This document shows positions 22,285 to 36,476 of a stretch of 64,000 nucleotides of DNA, in pieces. The stretch's first letter is position 1; the number at the start of each line of letters is the position of its first letter. The position numbers and the translations under genes are program-made. The notes under the pieces were generated by a model. It did no database searches. It saw nothing but the letters and a program-made list of their open reading frames with translations, and was not told the DNA's origin. Source of the stretch: Anthoceros angustus (taxonomy: Eukaryota > Plantae > Anthocerotophyta). The stretch covers positions 558,001-622,000 of the forward strand of contig VJWM01000025.1 in NCBI GenBank assembly GCA_010909165.1, read 5' to 3'.

Positions 22285-25200
22285 CTACTGCCAGAGCTTG
22301 GGCGCTCCATGGAACCTGCTGCTACTGCCTTGGGCGGGTGGGGCGTTTCTGCTGAATGCGTGACACCTTATCTCGCCCTGATGCAGCTGAAGTCATCCTA
22401 GCTGTAGTTAGCTTTGCGCCGACATCTTCCAATATCTCATACAAAATGGCTGTTTGTTGGTGTTTGCAGTCATCCGCCAAAATACGTGCACCTGCTTGTC
22501 ATGCTCGATCCAGCTCTGGCCAGGCTTCTTCCAGGAAACTGCCCTTTGCCTCAACTCATCCACCTTTCTCGCACAATCCAACATGCCAGCATCTAGATAA
22601 ATGTTTGACATGAGGACATAGGCTGCTGCGTGTTCTGGATCTTCACCTACTGCTTCAGCGAAGGCCCGCTCTCCCAGTGAAACATTACCATGTTTTCGGC
22701 AGGCGCTCAGCAGGCACAACCAGACTGGCAAACCAGGCTGAATTGGCATCTGGGAGAGCAGCATTTCAGCTTTACTGAAGAGACCTGCTCGACTGACGAG
22801 GTCCATTACACAAGCGTAATGTTCCGTGTCTGCAGAGATGCTGTATTCCCTGGTCATGGCTCCGAAGTACTCCAGTCCCCTATCGACTAGTCCAGCATGG
22901 CTGCAAGCAGACAGGAGGCCCAGGAAGGTGACTCTATCTGGTTTCAAGCCAGATTGTAACATGTGGCCATAGCACTGGATGCTCGTGTTGCAATCGCCCA
23001 GCCGGGCATAGCCTGCGAGAAGGGCATTCCATGAGATGACGTCGGGGCGAGATAGGAGTCGAAGACACGTTGGGCATCCACCATGCTCCCACACTTGCTG
23101 TACGCATGAATGAGGCTGGTGGCAACAGGAAGACGGTACTCCAATCCATTGTCGAGAATGGCCTGGTGGGTCTGGACGCACATGTCTAATGCCCTGTGCT
23201 GCTGCACGCTTGGAGGACTGACACAAAAGTAGCTTCCTGTGGCTTCATTCCTCTGCTTGCATCTGGGCATACAGTTGCAAAGCCTTTCCTCCTTGCTCCT
23301 GGGCATACGCTGCAATCATGACAGTCCACGACACAAGATCACGCTGAGACATCCTGTCAAACACCTGCTCTGCGTCTGTGATGCTCCCACACTTGGCATA
23401 CATGTACACCAGAGTGCTGGCGACAAACATGTCTAAATCCAAATCCAGTCTTGCAGCTTCAGCGTGTATGTCTCTTCCCAGTTCAAGGTAATCCAGCTTC
23501 ACACTCTGCCCATCCTCAGATGACACCTTCTCCTTTTCTGCAGCGACTCCACAAGCATGGAGAGCACTGGCCAAGGTTCGCGCATCCGGCTTCACGCCCT
23601 CCTTCTGCATCTGTTTAAACACCTGGAAGGCCTTTCCTCCTGCGCCCTGCACAGCATACGCTGCGATCATGGCAGTCCATGACACCACACCTCGCCTGGG
23701 CAATCGGTTGAAGACAAGTTCTGTGTCCTGAATGCTCCCACACTTTGCATACATACTAAGCAAAGTGTTGCAAACATAGATGTCAGAATCAAGCCCCATT
23801 CTGTAGCTCCTGCATGCAATTCCCTTCCTCTCGCAGGGATGCCACTTTGACATCTTGCCCATGCACCAAGGTGCTTTTCTTTGCTGCAAGGCAGCCGCAT
23901 GCATGAAGCGCACTTACAATGTCTGCGCATCGGGCCTGCAGCCCTCCCTTTGCATCTGTCTGTAGACCTGCAAAGCTTTGTCTCCTTGGTCCTCCTCGGC
24001 ATATCCTCCTATCATGGCATTCCATGCCACCACATCACGCTTGTGCAAACTTTTAAACACCTCCTCAGCATCGTTGATGCTCCTGCACTTTGCATACATA
24101 CTAACCAGAATGCTACCAACAAACATGTTGGATTCAAAACCCCTTCCCGAACTCCAGCATGGATTTCCTTCCCCTTCTGCAAGGACTGTACTTTTACATT
24201 GCGGCTGTTCAGAGCTGCACTCTCCTCCTTTTCTGCAATGCTGCCACACGCTCGGAGGGCACTTACAAATGTTCGAGCATTTGGACTTATCCCCGTCTCT
24301 CGCATCTGCCGAAAGATCTGCAAAGCTCTTTCCCTCTGCTCTGTCGAGCATATGAAGACAGCATTGCATTCCATGAAACTACATTGCACTGAGCAAGTCC
24401 ATCAAATGCTTCCTCCGCATCAGCAAAGCTCCCACACTTTGCATACATACTCACCAGTGTGTTGCCAAGAAACTTGTCGGACACAAACCTCTTCTGACAG
24501 CTTCAGCATGTAACTTTCTTCCCACTTTCAAGGCTTCCAGCTTCACTTTCTCCCCATCCACAAACGTGATTTCCTCCTTTTCTGCCATGCTGCCACATGC
24601 TTGAAGGGCACTGACAAACGTCCGTGCATCCGGCTTCACTCCAGCCTGATGCATCTCACGAAATGCCCTCATTGCCATTTCCCCATGTCCCTGCTGTGAG
24701 TATCCGGCAAGCATCACATTCCATGCCACCACGTCTCGCTGGGACAAGCCATCAAACACCTGCCGGGCATCCACTATGCTCCCACACTTGGCGTACATGT
24801 CAACCAAACTAATCCCAACAATCCCATCCGAGTCCAGCCCACATGCCACAACTTGAGCATGAATCCGCCTACCCTCCTCCAGGTCTTCCAATCTGCTGCA
24901 TGCCTTGAGTAAGCTGACAGCCCTGCCGTCTTCTTGCATACCCCTGTAGGGTTGAAGAGCCTCCTGGCCCATGCCCTGCTGGGAATACCCTGCTATCATG
25001 GCATTCCATGTCACCACAACCTTCCGACCAAACCCATTGAACACTCTCTGGGCATCCTCTAAGCTGCCACACTTCGTATACTGACCAAACTGTTGGCTAC
25101 GAATGACAGCAGATTCATATCCTCGTTCCCTAAGTTGTGCATGAAGATGCTTCCCTACTCCAACGCCAGGTGCTTACACTTGCACACGCCTGCAGGAGAC

Positions 25201-25773
25201 ACAAAAAGTCACAGAACCAGGTGCTACGATGCCTTCATACTGCATAGCACTGTGGAGACGAAGGGCCTCATCCCCATGCCCCGTTGGGAATACCCTCCTA
25301 TCATGGCATTCCAGGTTACTATATCTTTGTGACCAATTCCTTCAAAAACTCTCTGCGCATTCTCCAGCTGCCACATGTCCACCAAGCCTGCTTGTCTTCT
25401 CCATGTTTTAACATGCGCAGAGATGATGGCAGCCCACGTGAAGGCATCTGGATTGGACACCAGCTCAAACCCATCCTCGCGTCTTGCAACCTGCCATGAG
25501 AAGCATACATCGCAGGATGTGGAAGCCCAGGAACGTGTTTGACTGGTACCCGTTTCTCACAGCGAAAGCATGGACCCGGCTACCCAGAACAAGATCCCTG
25601 TTTACCACACATTTCTTCAGCACAGTATAAAGGAGAGATTTTGGAATACGACGGTCTGTCTGCACCATAGGTTCCAGAGACTCGACGGCCTGACTGAGAT
25701 CAACATTATGACATAGTTTGCTCACGGATTCAGCAGAAATGCCCCCATCGTCACGTGCAGGGCAACGACCCAT
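22285..25773 (-). pseudogene. PLS-E/E+ PPR gene, copy 2, frameshifted
   Basis: Same motifs as copy 1 (ORFs 22408-23226, 23245-23913, 24451-25044, 25465-25773). Confidence 0.9.
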
Positions 25774-27775
25774 TCCTGCTTGCGCGCATCAGCCCAAGCT
25801 GGCTGGTGCAAACTGCTTAACCAGAGGACATCTTGTCACTGCCTATTCCAGCCGGAACATCCACCTGGACGGGCTGGCTCCCTTACAGAGGTGCTGCAAC
25901 CACCGAGTCCCACTGCCAGCACTTGTCTCCTTGAAGTCAGGCCAGCAGCAGATCTTCCTACAGCCCCTCAACCCACAACTTCGTTGGGTGCACATAAGCT
26001 GTGGCAACAACGGGTCCCCTTGCCCTCTGCGTGACTCCAACGCCACGCTCCGGACAACCATGGTTCACAGGAGCACAGGGTGCGCCTGTGGAAGCAGCAG
26101 GAGGCTGCCAGGAGTTGTGCATCCTTGCTTGCTTCACAGGATTTCGGTTGCTGGCAATATTTCAGAATCCGGGAGTTTTCCTTGTTTTCTCACCTACAAG
26201 ATGGCCTATACCAGACAGGCCCCATTACGGAGAAGGCACATCAGACATGATCTCTTGCCATGCTCCATTCGCATTGGCAGTGCACTGGAAACACAAGTTC
26301 CTCCATAACACTCCCTGTCCGAGCATCTTCTGCAAACTTGGCAGAGAATGATGGTGAAAAAGAATCACATTATGGGTAATGGAAGGCTATTTTTCTACCG
26401 GAGTTCAGAGTCCTCGAAGGGCAAGCCCCAAAGGCATGGTGCTTCAATACACACCTAACGTGGTCAGAGATGGTGTGAAGCTGCACCGTTGTTACCGTGG
26501 AATCCATGACAATGAAACTACATGTCCAAGCTACAGCAACAGTGTCCTGATGCTAAAGCACAAGCCAAACATGTAGAATATTCGCTAGTGCAATCCCTCC
26601 AGGGATAATCTCTGAGAACAAAGGGAAGAACAGAAGGGGTTCATCTCATCAGTACATGGGCTCCTCAGGATCCATCACACACCCAGGGTCAGGGTCCACC
26701 ACACATCCAGGGTTAGCCTCCGAGTTCTTAAGAGTTTCATCCACCTTGCTTTCTTCTTCTGGAAAAGCAACGCTAGCTCGAAGACCTTTTGTTCGTGATA
26801 CGCCCTCTTCCAGATCTCTGCCATTTCAGTCCAGTACTTGTGGCGAGCCTTGGCGCGATGCATCCGAGCTAGATACTTGGCCGTCAAACCCGCAGTGGAA
26901 ACTCTGCCTCAAGTCCGCCAAGATTTGCTCCCGCAAGTGGGCCATGGGGTCACCGGACCACTTGAGGGGACATGGGGACACCAGAGCACTTGAGGGGCCA
27001 TTTGGTGGTAACAAGCTGTGGGACCCAAAGGCCAGGAACTACGATTCACAAGGCCATCGAATTTGTGGTAGACAAGCGTCCACCAAGCATGTCCCCACTC
27101 AAGATTGAACCTGGTGTGCGCATGCACGATTGCAGATGCTACCAGAGGACTAGTCCACCATATAAAGGGGTCTCTGTAGGAATTGAAGATGACCAAATGG
27201 TCACCTCCAACACAAAGGGTCACTGAGTCACGTTCAGTGGGAGGAAGGGCCCTGCCGTCAATGATCATCCACTGGTCGATCAACCTTAACGCTGAGCACT
27301 GTGAGATATTGTGCAGTGTAGTTTGTGCAGGAGCACCCGGTGTACGTGCAAGCAAGCTTAGCGTCTCCTTCCGCACAAAGTCGCGACCTGAATGAGCCCC
27401 TGAGCTGGGGCCTTGCACCTCACAATTACGCAGAACACACGCATGAGGCCGATCGAGGCCACTATATCCTCAACATGGCCATGATTTTCTCCATACGTTT
27501 CTGCCGCCCACCTCACTTCTGAGCAGGAGGGAAAAGAAGATTTTGAACCTCTAACACGACCTCGAATAGATGTACATAGGTGCAGATCACAAGCTTGCGC
27601 ACAGGCTAATTCCGCCGTTGTGATCCGGAAGGAAAGGGTCATACATCTGATGCCAAAGATTAAAAAGTCTGCAAGCTTCCGTCCAAAATTTATGGCCAGC
27701 CTAGCGCTCACTATGCATGTGGTCTACGGAAGAAAGCTCGCGAACTGTACTGATACGTGACTTCCTAAACTAGCC

Positions 27776-29023
27776 TTAATTCCAGCTGCCGAACTCCAGC
27801 CACGGATTCAGGCAGTGAAGGCTCTGCGTCACAAAACGCTTGTAGGGCCAGGAGGAAGCCACCTCAAGCCCCGGGTGTTCGTCGCAAATCGACAGCCATT
27901 ATCTTATCGAGCCCCTCTCGCTTGATGTATACTTGCGAATCCTGCCCCCACGACCTTGATATCGATGTCCAGGTGGCTCGGGAAACGTCTGCCATGGAAA
28001 CGAGGAAGCATGGAAGCGGGCATGGTGTCCAGCACCGTCCAGGCCATGCTCGCGAAATCCATCTCCCAGATCTGCACAACAACTCCTTCCCCAGGACTAC
28101 GCATAAGAACCGGGCCGTGGAAGATGTCCTCACCTAGGACCACGCATAGCAGCCGGTCGCGCACGTTGATGAGGTTGCACTGCGCGATGTGGAAACGGAG
28201 AGGCGTGGACACGGCCATCCATTTCCAGCTGGCCCGCTCCAGGTCGTACGCCAGCAAATTGTAGTTGTCGGTGATGCAGTACAGCACGGACCTCACAAAC
28301 ACCGTCTGCGCCTGCGATCCCTCACCACGCAGGCTTCTGTCAAACACCTCGTTCAGGGCAAGGCGGTGGTAGTCACACTCCAGCTGCCCACCGCGGAATC
28401 GAACACGAAGGTGGGCACGGGTCTGCGCATGTCCATGTTATCCATCTTGTTGCGTGTATCTTTGATGGCCACCAGCTTGAAGCAACGCGCCTTCACGTCA
28501 ACGAACACGCCCAACACATCCTGGATCCACAGACCACCCGGGAGAGCCGGCAGCGAGGCCCAAGAGCGCGCCAACGGGTTGCCCAAGTGCGGGATGGTGA
28601 CCACGTCCCGCGCCCCTGCGTACGCGCGCACCTTATTGTGGACAGCAGCAGGCCGCCGCCGCCCTTCCCGACCCGCAGCGCCTCCATCATTTCCGGAACA
28701 GGCTGTGAAGCGTGGTGTTGCACCCGTAGCGGGAGTGGGAGTTGGTACCAACGGTTTGATCCAGGGTCGTAGACGCCGGAGGGGAAGCAGGAGGAGGTGC
28801 TGAAGCCTACTACCAAGAGCAGAGAGTCCAGCGCTCCCGCTCGCAATTCCAAGCGCTCCCGCAACAAGGAGGGCGACACGGCGGCCGCATTCCAGGCTCT
28901 GCACACCGCGCGCGTCCGCAACAAGCTCACCAGTGGCAGCCGAGCCTGAATCATGGTCTCAACGTCTCTAGGCAGCTCCAAGTCGCTGGATACAACGAAT
29001 TCGTCATCTGCATCTGCATCCAT
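27776..29023 (-). CDS. F-box protein, copy 2
   Basis: Same motifs (ORFs 28493-29023, 28353-28904, 27904-28347). Confidence 0.85.
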
Positions 29024-29420
29024 CTCGGCCCTCGCACTCCGCCGTCTGCAATCACCATCACCAGGGACCCTCGCTCAGCCTCCGGATCCGCCTGAGGACA
29101 ACACACATACGCAGACCAACCTCTTAGACACTACCTATTGTGACAGGGTTCTAGGAGATAATACCCACATCACACGACAGTAATTCGATCACGGAATTGA
29201 TATATTGAATCACTATATATAGGCTCTGAATTTGCTATCATCTCGAGGACTATGCATTTAATCTCGATACATAGATCGATGGGCCGATCTATCCCTGCTT
29301 ACAAAATTCACACTCTTATCAATCCCATCCCTTGAGATGATTGAATACATGAGCTGATCATGCTTGTCACGGCGTGTGGTTGGGCTGATAATGTAGTCCA
29401 TTTGATGGGTGCACCAGACT

Positions 29421-30597
29421 TCATGTGCAAATTAGATCAGAACGACATGAGATGCAGATAGAGAAGGGTAACCTCGCGCAGAGACCACACACGAGGGAGG
29501 CCAGCACGCCCAGGTGCCCTCCTCGCAGATGGAACGATTCCAAAAGTTGTCGAAAGGTCATCTTCACGGGTCTGTCTGCGATATCTTCAACCAGGGAGTA
29601 CTTCGGTGTGTCCTTGGCTATGGGCGACAGCACTGATCCCTTCTTCCTCCGGCACTTGGGCTTGCCTGCAGCAGTTGCTGGGTTTTCAGCCTCCTTCATG
29701 ATGACCTCTGGTCCAATCACATCAACCTCGCGTCGTTGTACTTTTGTCTTTCTCCGAGTTTCTCCCCTTCATCGATGGGCTCTTCATCTCGGAGCTTCTT
29801 GTCTTCGTCCACCACAGTTAGAATCCGTGTCCCTGGCATGCAGTCAGAGAACACTCCCTTACCGTTTCATCCCCAGATGATTTCTGTGCCATCGTAACAA
29901 GCTGTTGGTTGTTCTTGGCAGGTCCTGCATTGGGCTTCTTAGTGTTTTTATTTCCGGTGCCCTGCTGAGGAAACTTTGGGCTTGATCAGTACAAGTGCGT
30001 GTGTCCGGTTTCCTTGCACTTGGTGCAGGCGCCCTTCACGCAATAGCATGAAGGAGTGGATGCCCTTGGTGCAAGTAGCTTAGGCACATCATGGTACAAG
30101 TTGTTAAGTACCAAGTCCCATGACGGAAATCCGTCCTTAGTCGACTTAAATAAAATTCTTCTTCTTCTTCTTCTTAGCCCTTGGATAAAATGCAAGACTA
30201 CTTTCTTTTGTTTCTCCCCTCATACCCCAACTTCTCATTTAGGACGCTCGTGCGGTCGATGTAGCTGACTAGAGTCTCATGGTCATCTTAATACAGGTCC
30301 AGGAGTTGGTTGTGACAGTCCCAGAAAAGGTTGGACTCCAGAACTTCACCACAAATGCACAACATATTCCTGACCAGTCAACCTGGTTAGAACCCTTCAA
30401 CTTCGCACCATGCCTCAGCCCTTTCCTCTCAAGGAAGTGGGAAAGTACTTGAGGTACGTCTTCAGAGCTACCATGATCCTGACCTTCATAGCATTTTTGA
30501 AGCTCAACAGATGTTCATCAGGATCATCAGCAGGAGTTCCAAAGAAAGCAGGAAAAGCAAGGAGCTCAAAGCACTTTTTATCTGATGACCTCGACAT
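29421..30597 (-). mobile_element. gag: Ty3/gypsy gag remnant, copy 2
   Basis: Same as copy 1. Confidence 0.75.
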
Positions 30598-32985
30598 CCT
30601 ATCTTTTCTAAGACTTGTCTAACTATACTCTCTATCTATTGGTGAGACCGTCTACCTTTGCCCACGAGCTCTGCGTACATTAGCCTGGTGGAGAGTCAAC
30701 CACAGCGCTTGGTAAGCCAGGGGCATATGCTCAAAGCCAAGGGGCATATGCTCAAAGCCAAAAGGTACGAGAAGCACTTGTTGTGGCACTGGTTTCTGCA
30801 CAGGCCTGATACGGATTGGCTGATGTTTCCTAGCTCATCCAGACCGCTTTGACTCGTGTCTCATTCTCACAAAATCATAATACCACGGGTGATGCAGGAT
30901 GAACCCCTCCGGGAGTTGGGGAGGGTACGTACATTGCTTCACGTCCCAAGCCTCAGCAACGAGTCCCACCGGGAGTGCCAAGCTGTTGGATGTCGGGTAG
31001 GACTTGTAGGCCAGCCTGCTCTCGGGCTGCCTAGCAGAAGTTATCGTTGTGGACCTAGCATTCGCGATGACACTGCAGCTAGGACCTACGCTCTTCCTCA
31101 AGATTGCTGGGACGACTTGAAACTCTACACTCCTGCACTCAAGATGACATGTAGGAGTGGTCAATACTGTAAATGACGGATGGAATGTTGATAGATAGGG
31201 CAAGGAAAGGAGGGCCTGTGCCCCGCTGCTTGACCTTCAGCAAGTGTGATCTGCAGGCTGGTGGTGAAGACAAATACACAAAACCGACGTTAGCACAACT
31301 AAAACGAGGATTCCACAGCTGCAACGCATACTCAGTGCAACACTCAAACACAGGATGCCTTGCCTCGCAGGACTGACAAGAAGAGAGACAGGCCAGCAAT
31401 TGCCTTCTGCTTTAGTCATGGCCAAACGGCCTACATATTTATTTGGTGGCCTTGCTACCAAGATCCAAGCCTACAGCTAGGCTGGTAATCGCAACCTCCA
31501 CACAAAGTTGGACTGACCCCTATCGCTTCCGACTCTCATGGCCAACCCCTATGTTTGGAGAGGGTTTCAGGTTGGTGGGCAGGCAGGGCGTGAGTAGCTT
31601 CACGCGGTTGCTCCTACAGTTACGATGAATTATTTCAGTTGATACATGGTGCTCACCCTGCTAGGGGATCTTTGTCTTTTGGAGACAGTGACGGTTCATG
31701 CAAGCAGAGAGGGTTTGAAGACATCTGATCTCCCGCATAAACTTAAGACTTGTCTTGGTCAATACTTGAGTCAGCACTTGGGAGAAGATTTCATGCATTT
31801 GGATGGCCAGGAGCCTTTCAAAGACTCACAGGAGTCCGCTTGTGCAGTCCTGCATTTGATCAGCGGTGCCCTGAATCGGATATCAGCTGCAATTGCATCT
31901 CGGCAGTCTTTCAGCTCTGGCTTCAATGTCTGAAAGTGGATTCTGTTGTAGGACAAGAATGTAATGTGGGCATGTGGGAAGAATCCAAATCAGTTCAAGG
32001 AAACAATCCAGTGCACTTTGAATGTCGCCGCCAAATCATGTCCCTCTCCCGATATCCGTTTACTCAGATTTGAATCTCCCACTACATTTTGCACCGGCAG
32101 CAAGAACAATACGGTGGCTCCCGATTTGCGGTTGTGAGAGCTGATGAGCAGTTTGTTTGCGCCCATCAGCCAGTCGCTGTTTATGTATGGAGATCATCGG
32201 ACTGCGATGGCTGCTCACCCATATCAACCACAGTCCACACCGAAACTACGGGAAGCGACGCCATTGGCATCAGTGTTCCCTAAGGCATCTACTCTGAAGA
32301 TTTTCATGAAGCTGAAGCACGGACGAAATCATAGCACTTCAAAACCAGGACAATGTGGCATATGTGGCTTGATCATACCCTCTTCCGCCATGGAATTTCC
32401 TGGTTCTGGAATTGTGAGCTGTCAATCTTTGACGTCTGATGTTTTCGCTTTGCGCAGCACATTTAAATAAGGAGGGAACTTTGGAACGCAGCAGTTTGGG
32501 TAGCGGCGAGGAGGCACCTTCCAAGCAGTCAAAAGAGAGCGAGGGGTGGGAAATTGTTTTGTTCAGGCTTGCATTGCAATGGGCACGCAGATTTGTTCTC
32601 CCATGATTCTATCACGGCACCTCTCCAGACACAGACAAGGAAAGGCAGTTGCCCATCACTACGTCATCCAGATCCCTTCGTCAGCGAGTGCAGCGCGCAG
32701 GCCTTCAGAAGACAAGCAAAGAGAACATGGTCAGCCAGAGTCAGCTCCTCCAGACAGGCGTCATGCTTGTCTTCTAATAAAGGTGATAGCGGTAATACGA
32801 ATTCCCAAACCCCGGTGACGTAGTTTCGCTCTGAAGTGCCGCTGATCGAGAGCAGGACGGCCATCAGCGCACGGCAGGTGGGACTTCTTAGCTCTTAGAG
32901 TAGCTCAGACTCTTGACAATTTTTGCAAGATCCTCGAGGATGGAGTTGGTTTGGAAGTTTGCGGAAACCTCCATGGAACCTGCTG

Positions 32986-35900
32986 CTACTGCCAGAGCTT
33001 GGGCGCTCCATGGAACCTGCTGCTACTGCCTTGGGCGGGTGGGGGCGTTTCTGCTGAATGCGTGACACCCTTATCTCGCCCTGATGCAGCTGAAGTCATC
33101 CTAGCTGTAGTTAGCTTTGCGCCGACATCTTCCAATATCTCATACAAAATGGCTGTTTGTTGGTGTTTGCAGTCATCCGCCAAAAATACGTGCACCTGCT
33201 TGTCATGCTCGATCCAGCTCTGGCCAGGCTTCTTCCAGGAAACTGCCCTTTGCCTCAACTCATCCACCTTTCTCGCACAATCCAACATGCCAGCATCTAG
33301 ATAAATGTTTGACATGAGGACATAGGCTGCTGCGTGTTCTGGATCTTCACCTACTGCTTCAGCGAAGGCCCGCTCTCCCAGTGAAACATTACCATGTTTT
33401 CGGCAGGCGCTCAGCAGGCACAACCAGACTGGCAAACCAGGCTGAATTGGCATCTGGGAGAGCAGCATTTCAGCTTTACTGAAGAGACCTGCTCGACCGA
33501 CGAGGTCCATTACACAAGCGTAATGTTCCGTGTCTGCAGAGATGCTGTATTCCCTGGTCATGGCTCCGAAGTACTCCAGTCCCCTATCGACTAGTCCAGC
33601 ATGGCTGCAAGCAGACAGGAGGCCCAGGAAGGTGACTCTATCTGGTTTCAAGCCAGATTGTAACATGTGGCCATAGCACTGGATGCTCGTGTTGCAATCG
33701 CCCAGCCGGGCATAGCCTGCGAGAAGGGCATTCCATGAGATGACGTCGGGGCGAGATAGAGTCGAAGACACGTTGGGCATCCACCATGCTCCCACACTTG
33801 CTGTACGCATGAATGAGGCTGGTGGCAACAGGAAGACGGTACTCCAATCCATTGTCGAGAATGGCCTGGTGGGTCTGGACGCACATGTCTAATGCCCCTG
33901 TGCTGCTGCACGCTTGGAGGACTGACACAAAAGTAGCTTCCTGTGGCTTCATTCCTCTGCTTGCATCTGGGCATACAGTTGCAAAGCCTTTCCTCCTTGC
34001 TCCTGGGCATACGCTGCAATCATGACAGTCCACGACACAAGATCACGCTGAGACATCCTGTCAAACACCTGCTCTGCGTCTGTGATGCTCCCACACTTGG
34101 CATACATGTACACCAGAGTGCTGGCGACAAACATGTCTAAATCCAAATCCAGTCTTGCAGCTTCAGCGTGTATGTCTCTTCCCAGTTCAAGGTAATCCAG
34201 CTTCACACTCTGCCCATCCTCAGATGACACCTTCTCCTTTCTGCAGCGACTCCACAAGCATGGAGAGCACTGGCCAAGGTTCGCGCATCCGGCTTCACGC
34301 CCTCCTTCTGCATCTGTTTAAACACCTGGAAGGCCTTTCCTCCTGCGCCCTGCACAGCATACGCTGCGATCATGGCAGTCCATGACACCACACCTCGCCT
34401 GGGCAATCGGTTGAAGACAAGTTCTGTGTCCTGAATGCTCCCACACTTTGCATACATACTAAGCAAAGTGTTGCAAACATAGATGTCAGAATCAAGCCCC
34501 ATTCTGTAGCTCCTGCATGCAATTCCCTTCCTCTCGCAGGGATGCCACTTTGACATCTTGCCCATGCACCAAGGTGCTTTTCTCTTTGCTGCAAGGCAGC
34601 CGCATGCATGAAGCGCACTTACAAATGTCTGCGCATCGGGCCTGCAGCCCTCCTTGCATCTGTCTGTAGACCTGCAAAGCTTTGTCTCCTTGGTCCTCCT
34701 CGGCATATCCTCCTATCATGGCATTCCATGCCACCACATCACGCTTGTGCAAACTTTTAAACACCTCCTCAGCATCGTTGATGCTCCCGCACTTGCATAC
34801 ATACTAACCAGAATGCTACCAACAAACATGTTGATTCAAAACCCCTTCCCGAACTCCAGCATGGATTTCCTTCCCCTTCTGCAAGGACTGTACTTTTACA
34901 TTGCGGCTGTTCAGAGCTGCACTCTCCTCCTTTTCTGCAATGCTGCCACACGCTCGGAGGGCACTTACAAATGTTCGAGCATTTGGACTTATCCCCGTCT
35001 CTCGCATCTGCCGAAAGATCTGCAAAGCTCTTTCCCTCTGCTCTGTCGAGCATATGAAGACAGCATTGCATTCCATGAAACTACATTGCACTGAGCAAGT
35101 CCATCAAATGCTTCCTCCGCATCAGCAAAGCTCCCACACTTTGCATACATACTCACCAGTGTGTTGCCAAGAAACTTGTCGGACACAAACCCTCTTCTGA
35201 CAGCTTCAGCATGTAACTTTCTTCCCACTTTCAAGGCTTCCAGCTTCACTTTCTCCCCATCCACAAACGTGATTTCCTCCTTTTCTGCCATGCTGCCACA
35301 TGCTTGAAGGGCACTGACAAACGTCCGTGCATCCGGCTTCACTCCAGCCTGATGCATCTCACGAAATGCCCTCATTGCCATTTCCCCATGTCCCTGCTGT
35401 GAGTATCCGGCAAGCATCACATTCCATGCCACCACGTCTCGCTGGGACAAGCCATCAAACACCTGCCGGGCATCCACTATGCTCCCACACTTGGCGTACA
35501 TGTCAACCAAACTAATCCCAACAATCCCATCCGAGTCCAGCCCACATGCCACAACTTGAGCATGAATCCGCCTACCCTCCTCCAGGTCTTCCAATCTGCT
35601 GCATGCCTTGAGTAAGCTGACAGCCCTGCCGTCTTCTTGCATACCCCTGTAGGGTTGAAGAGCCTCCTGGCCCATGCCCTGCTGGGAATACCCTGCTATC
35701 ATGGCATTCCATGTCACCACAACCTTCCGACCAAACCCATTGAACACTCTCTGGGCATCCTCTAAGCTGCCACACTTCGTATACTGACCAAACTGTTGGC
35801 TACGAATGACAGCAGATTCATATCCTCGTTCCCTAAGTTGTGCATGAAGATGCTTCCCTACTCCAACGCCAGGGTGCTTACACTTGCACACGCCTGCAGG

Positions 35901-36476
35901 AGACACAAAAGTCACAGAACCAGGTGCTACGATGCCTTCATACTGCATAGCACTGTGGAGACGAAGGGCCTCATCCCCATGCCCCGTTGGGAATACCCTC
36001 CTATCATGGCATTCCAGGTTACTATATCTTTGTGACCAATTCCTTCAAAAACTCTCTGCGCATTCTCCAGCTGCCACATGTCCACCAAGCCTGCTTGTCT
36101 TCTCCATGTTTTAACATGCGCAGAGATGATGGCAGCCCACGTGAAGGCATCTGGATTGGACACCAGCTCAAACCCATCCTCGCGTCTTGCAACCTGCCAT
36201 GAGAAGCATACATCGCAGGATGTGGAAGCCCAGGAACGTGTTTGACTGGTACCCGTTTCTCACAGCGAAAGCATGGACCCGGCTACCCAGAACAAGATCC
36301 CTGTTTACCACACATTTCTTCAGCACAGTATAAAGGAGAGATTTTGGAATACGACGGTCTGTCTGCACCATAGGTTCCAGAGACTCGACGGCCTGACTGA
36401 GATCAACATTATGACATAGTTTGCTCACGGATTCAGCAGAAATGCCCCCATCGTCACGTGCAGGGCAACGACCCAT
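32986..36476 (-). pseudogene. PLS-E/E+ PPR gene, copy 3, frameshifted
   Basis: ORFs 32986-33852 (includes E+ in frame), 34989-35948 and 36168-36476. Confidence 0.9.

Larger units (their letters stand above)
21737..32440. repeat. Array unit 2 (complete)
   Basis: Near-identical to units 1 and 3; differences are mostly 1-bp indels. Confidence 0.95.
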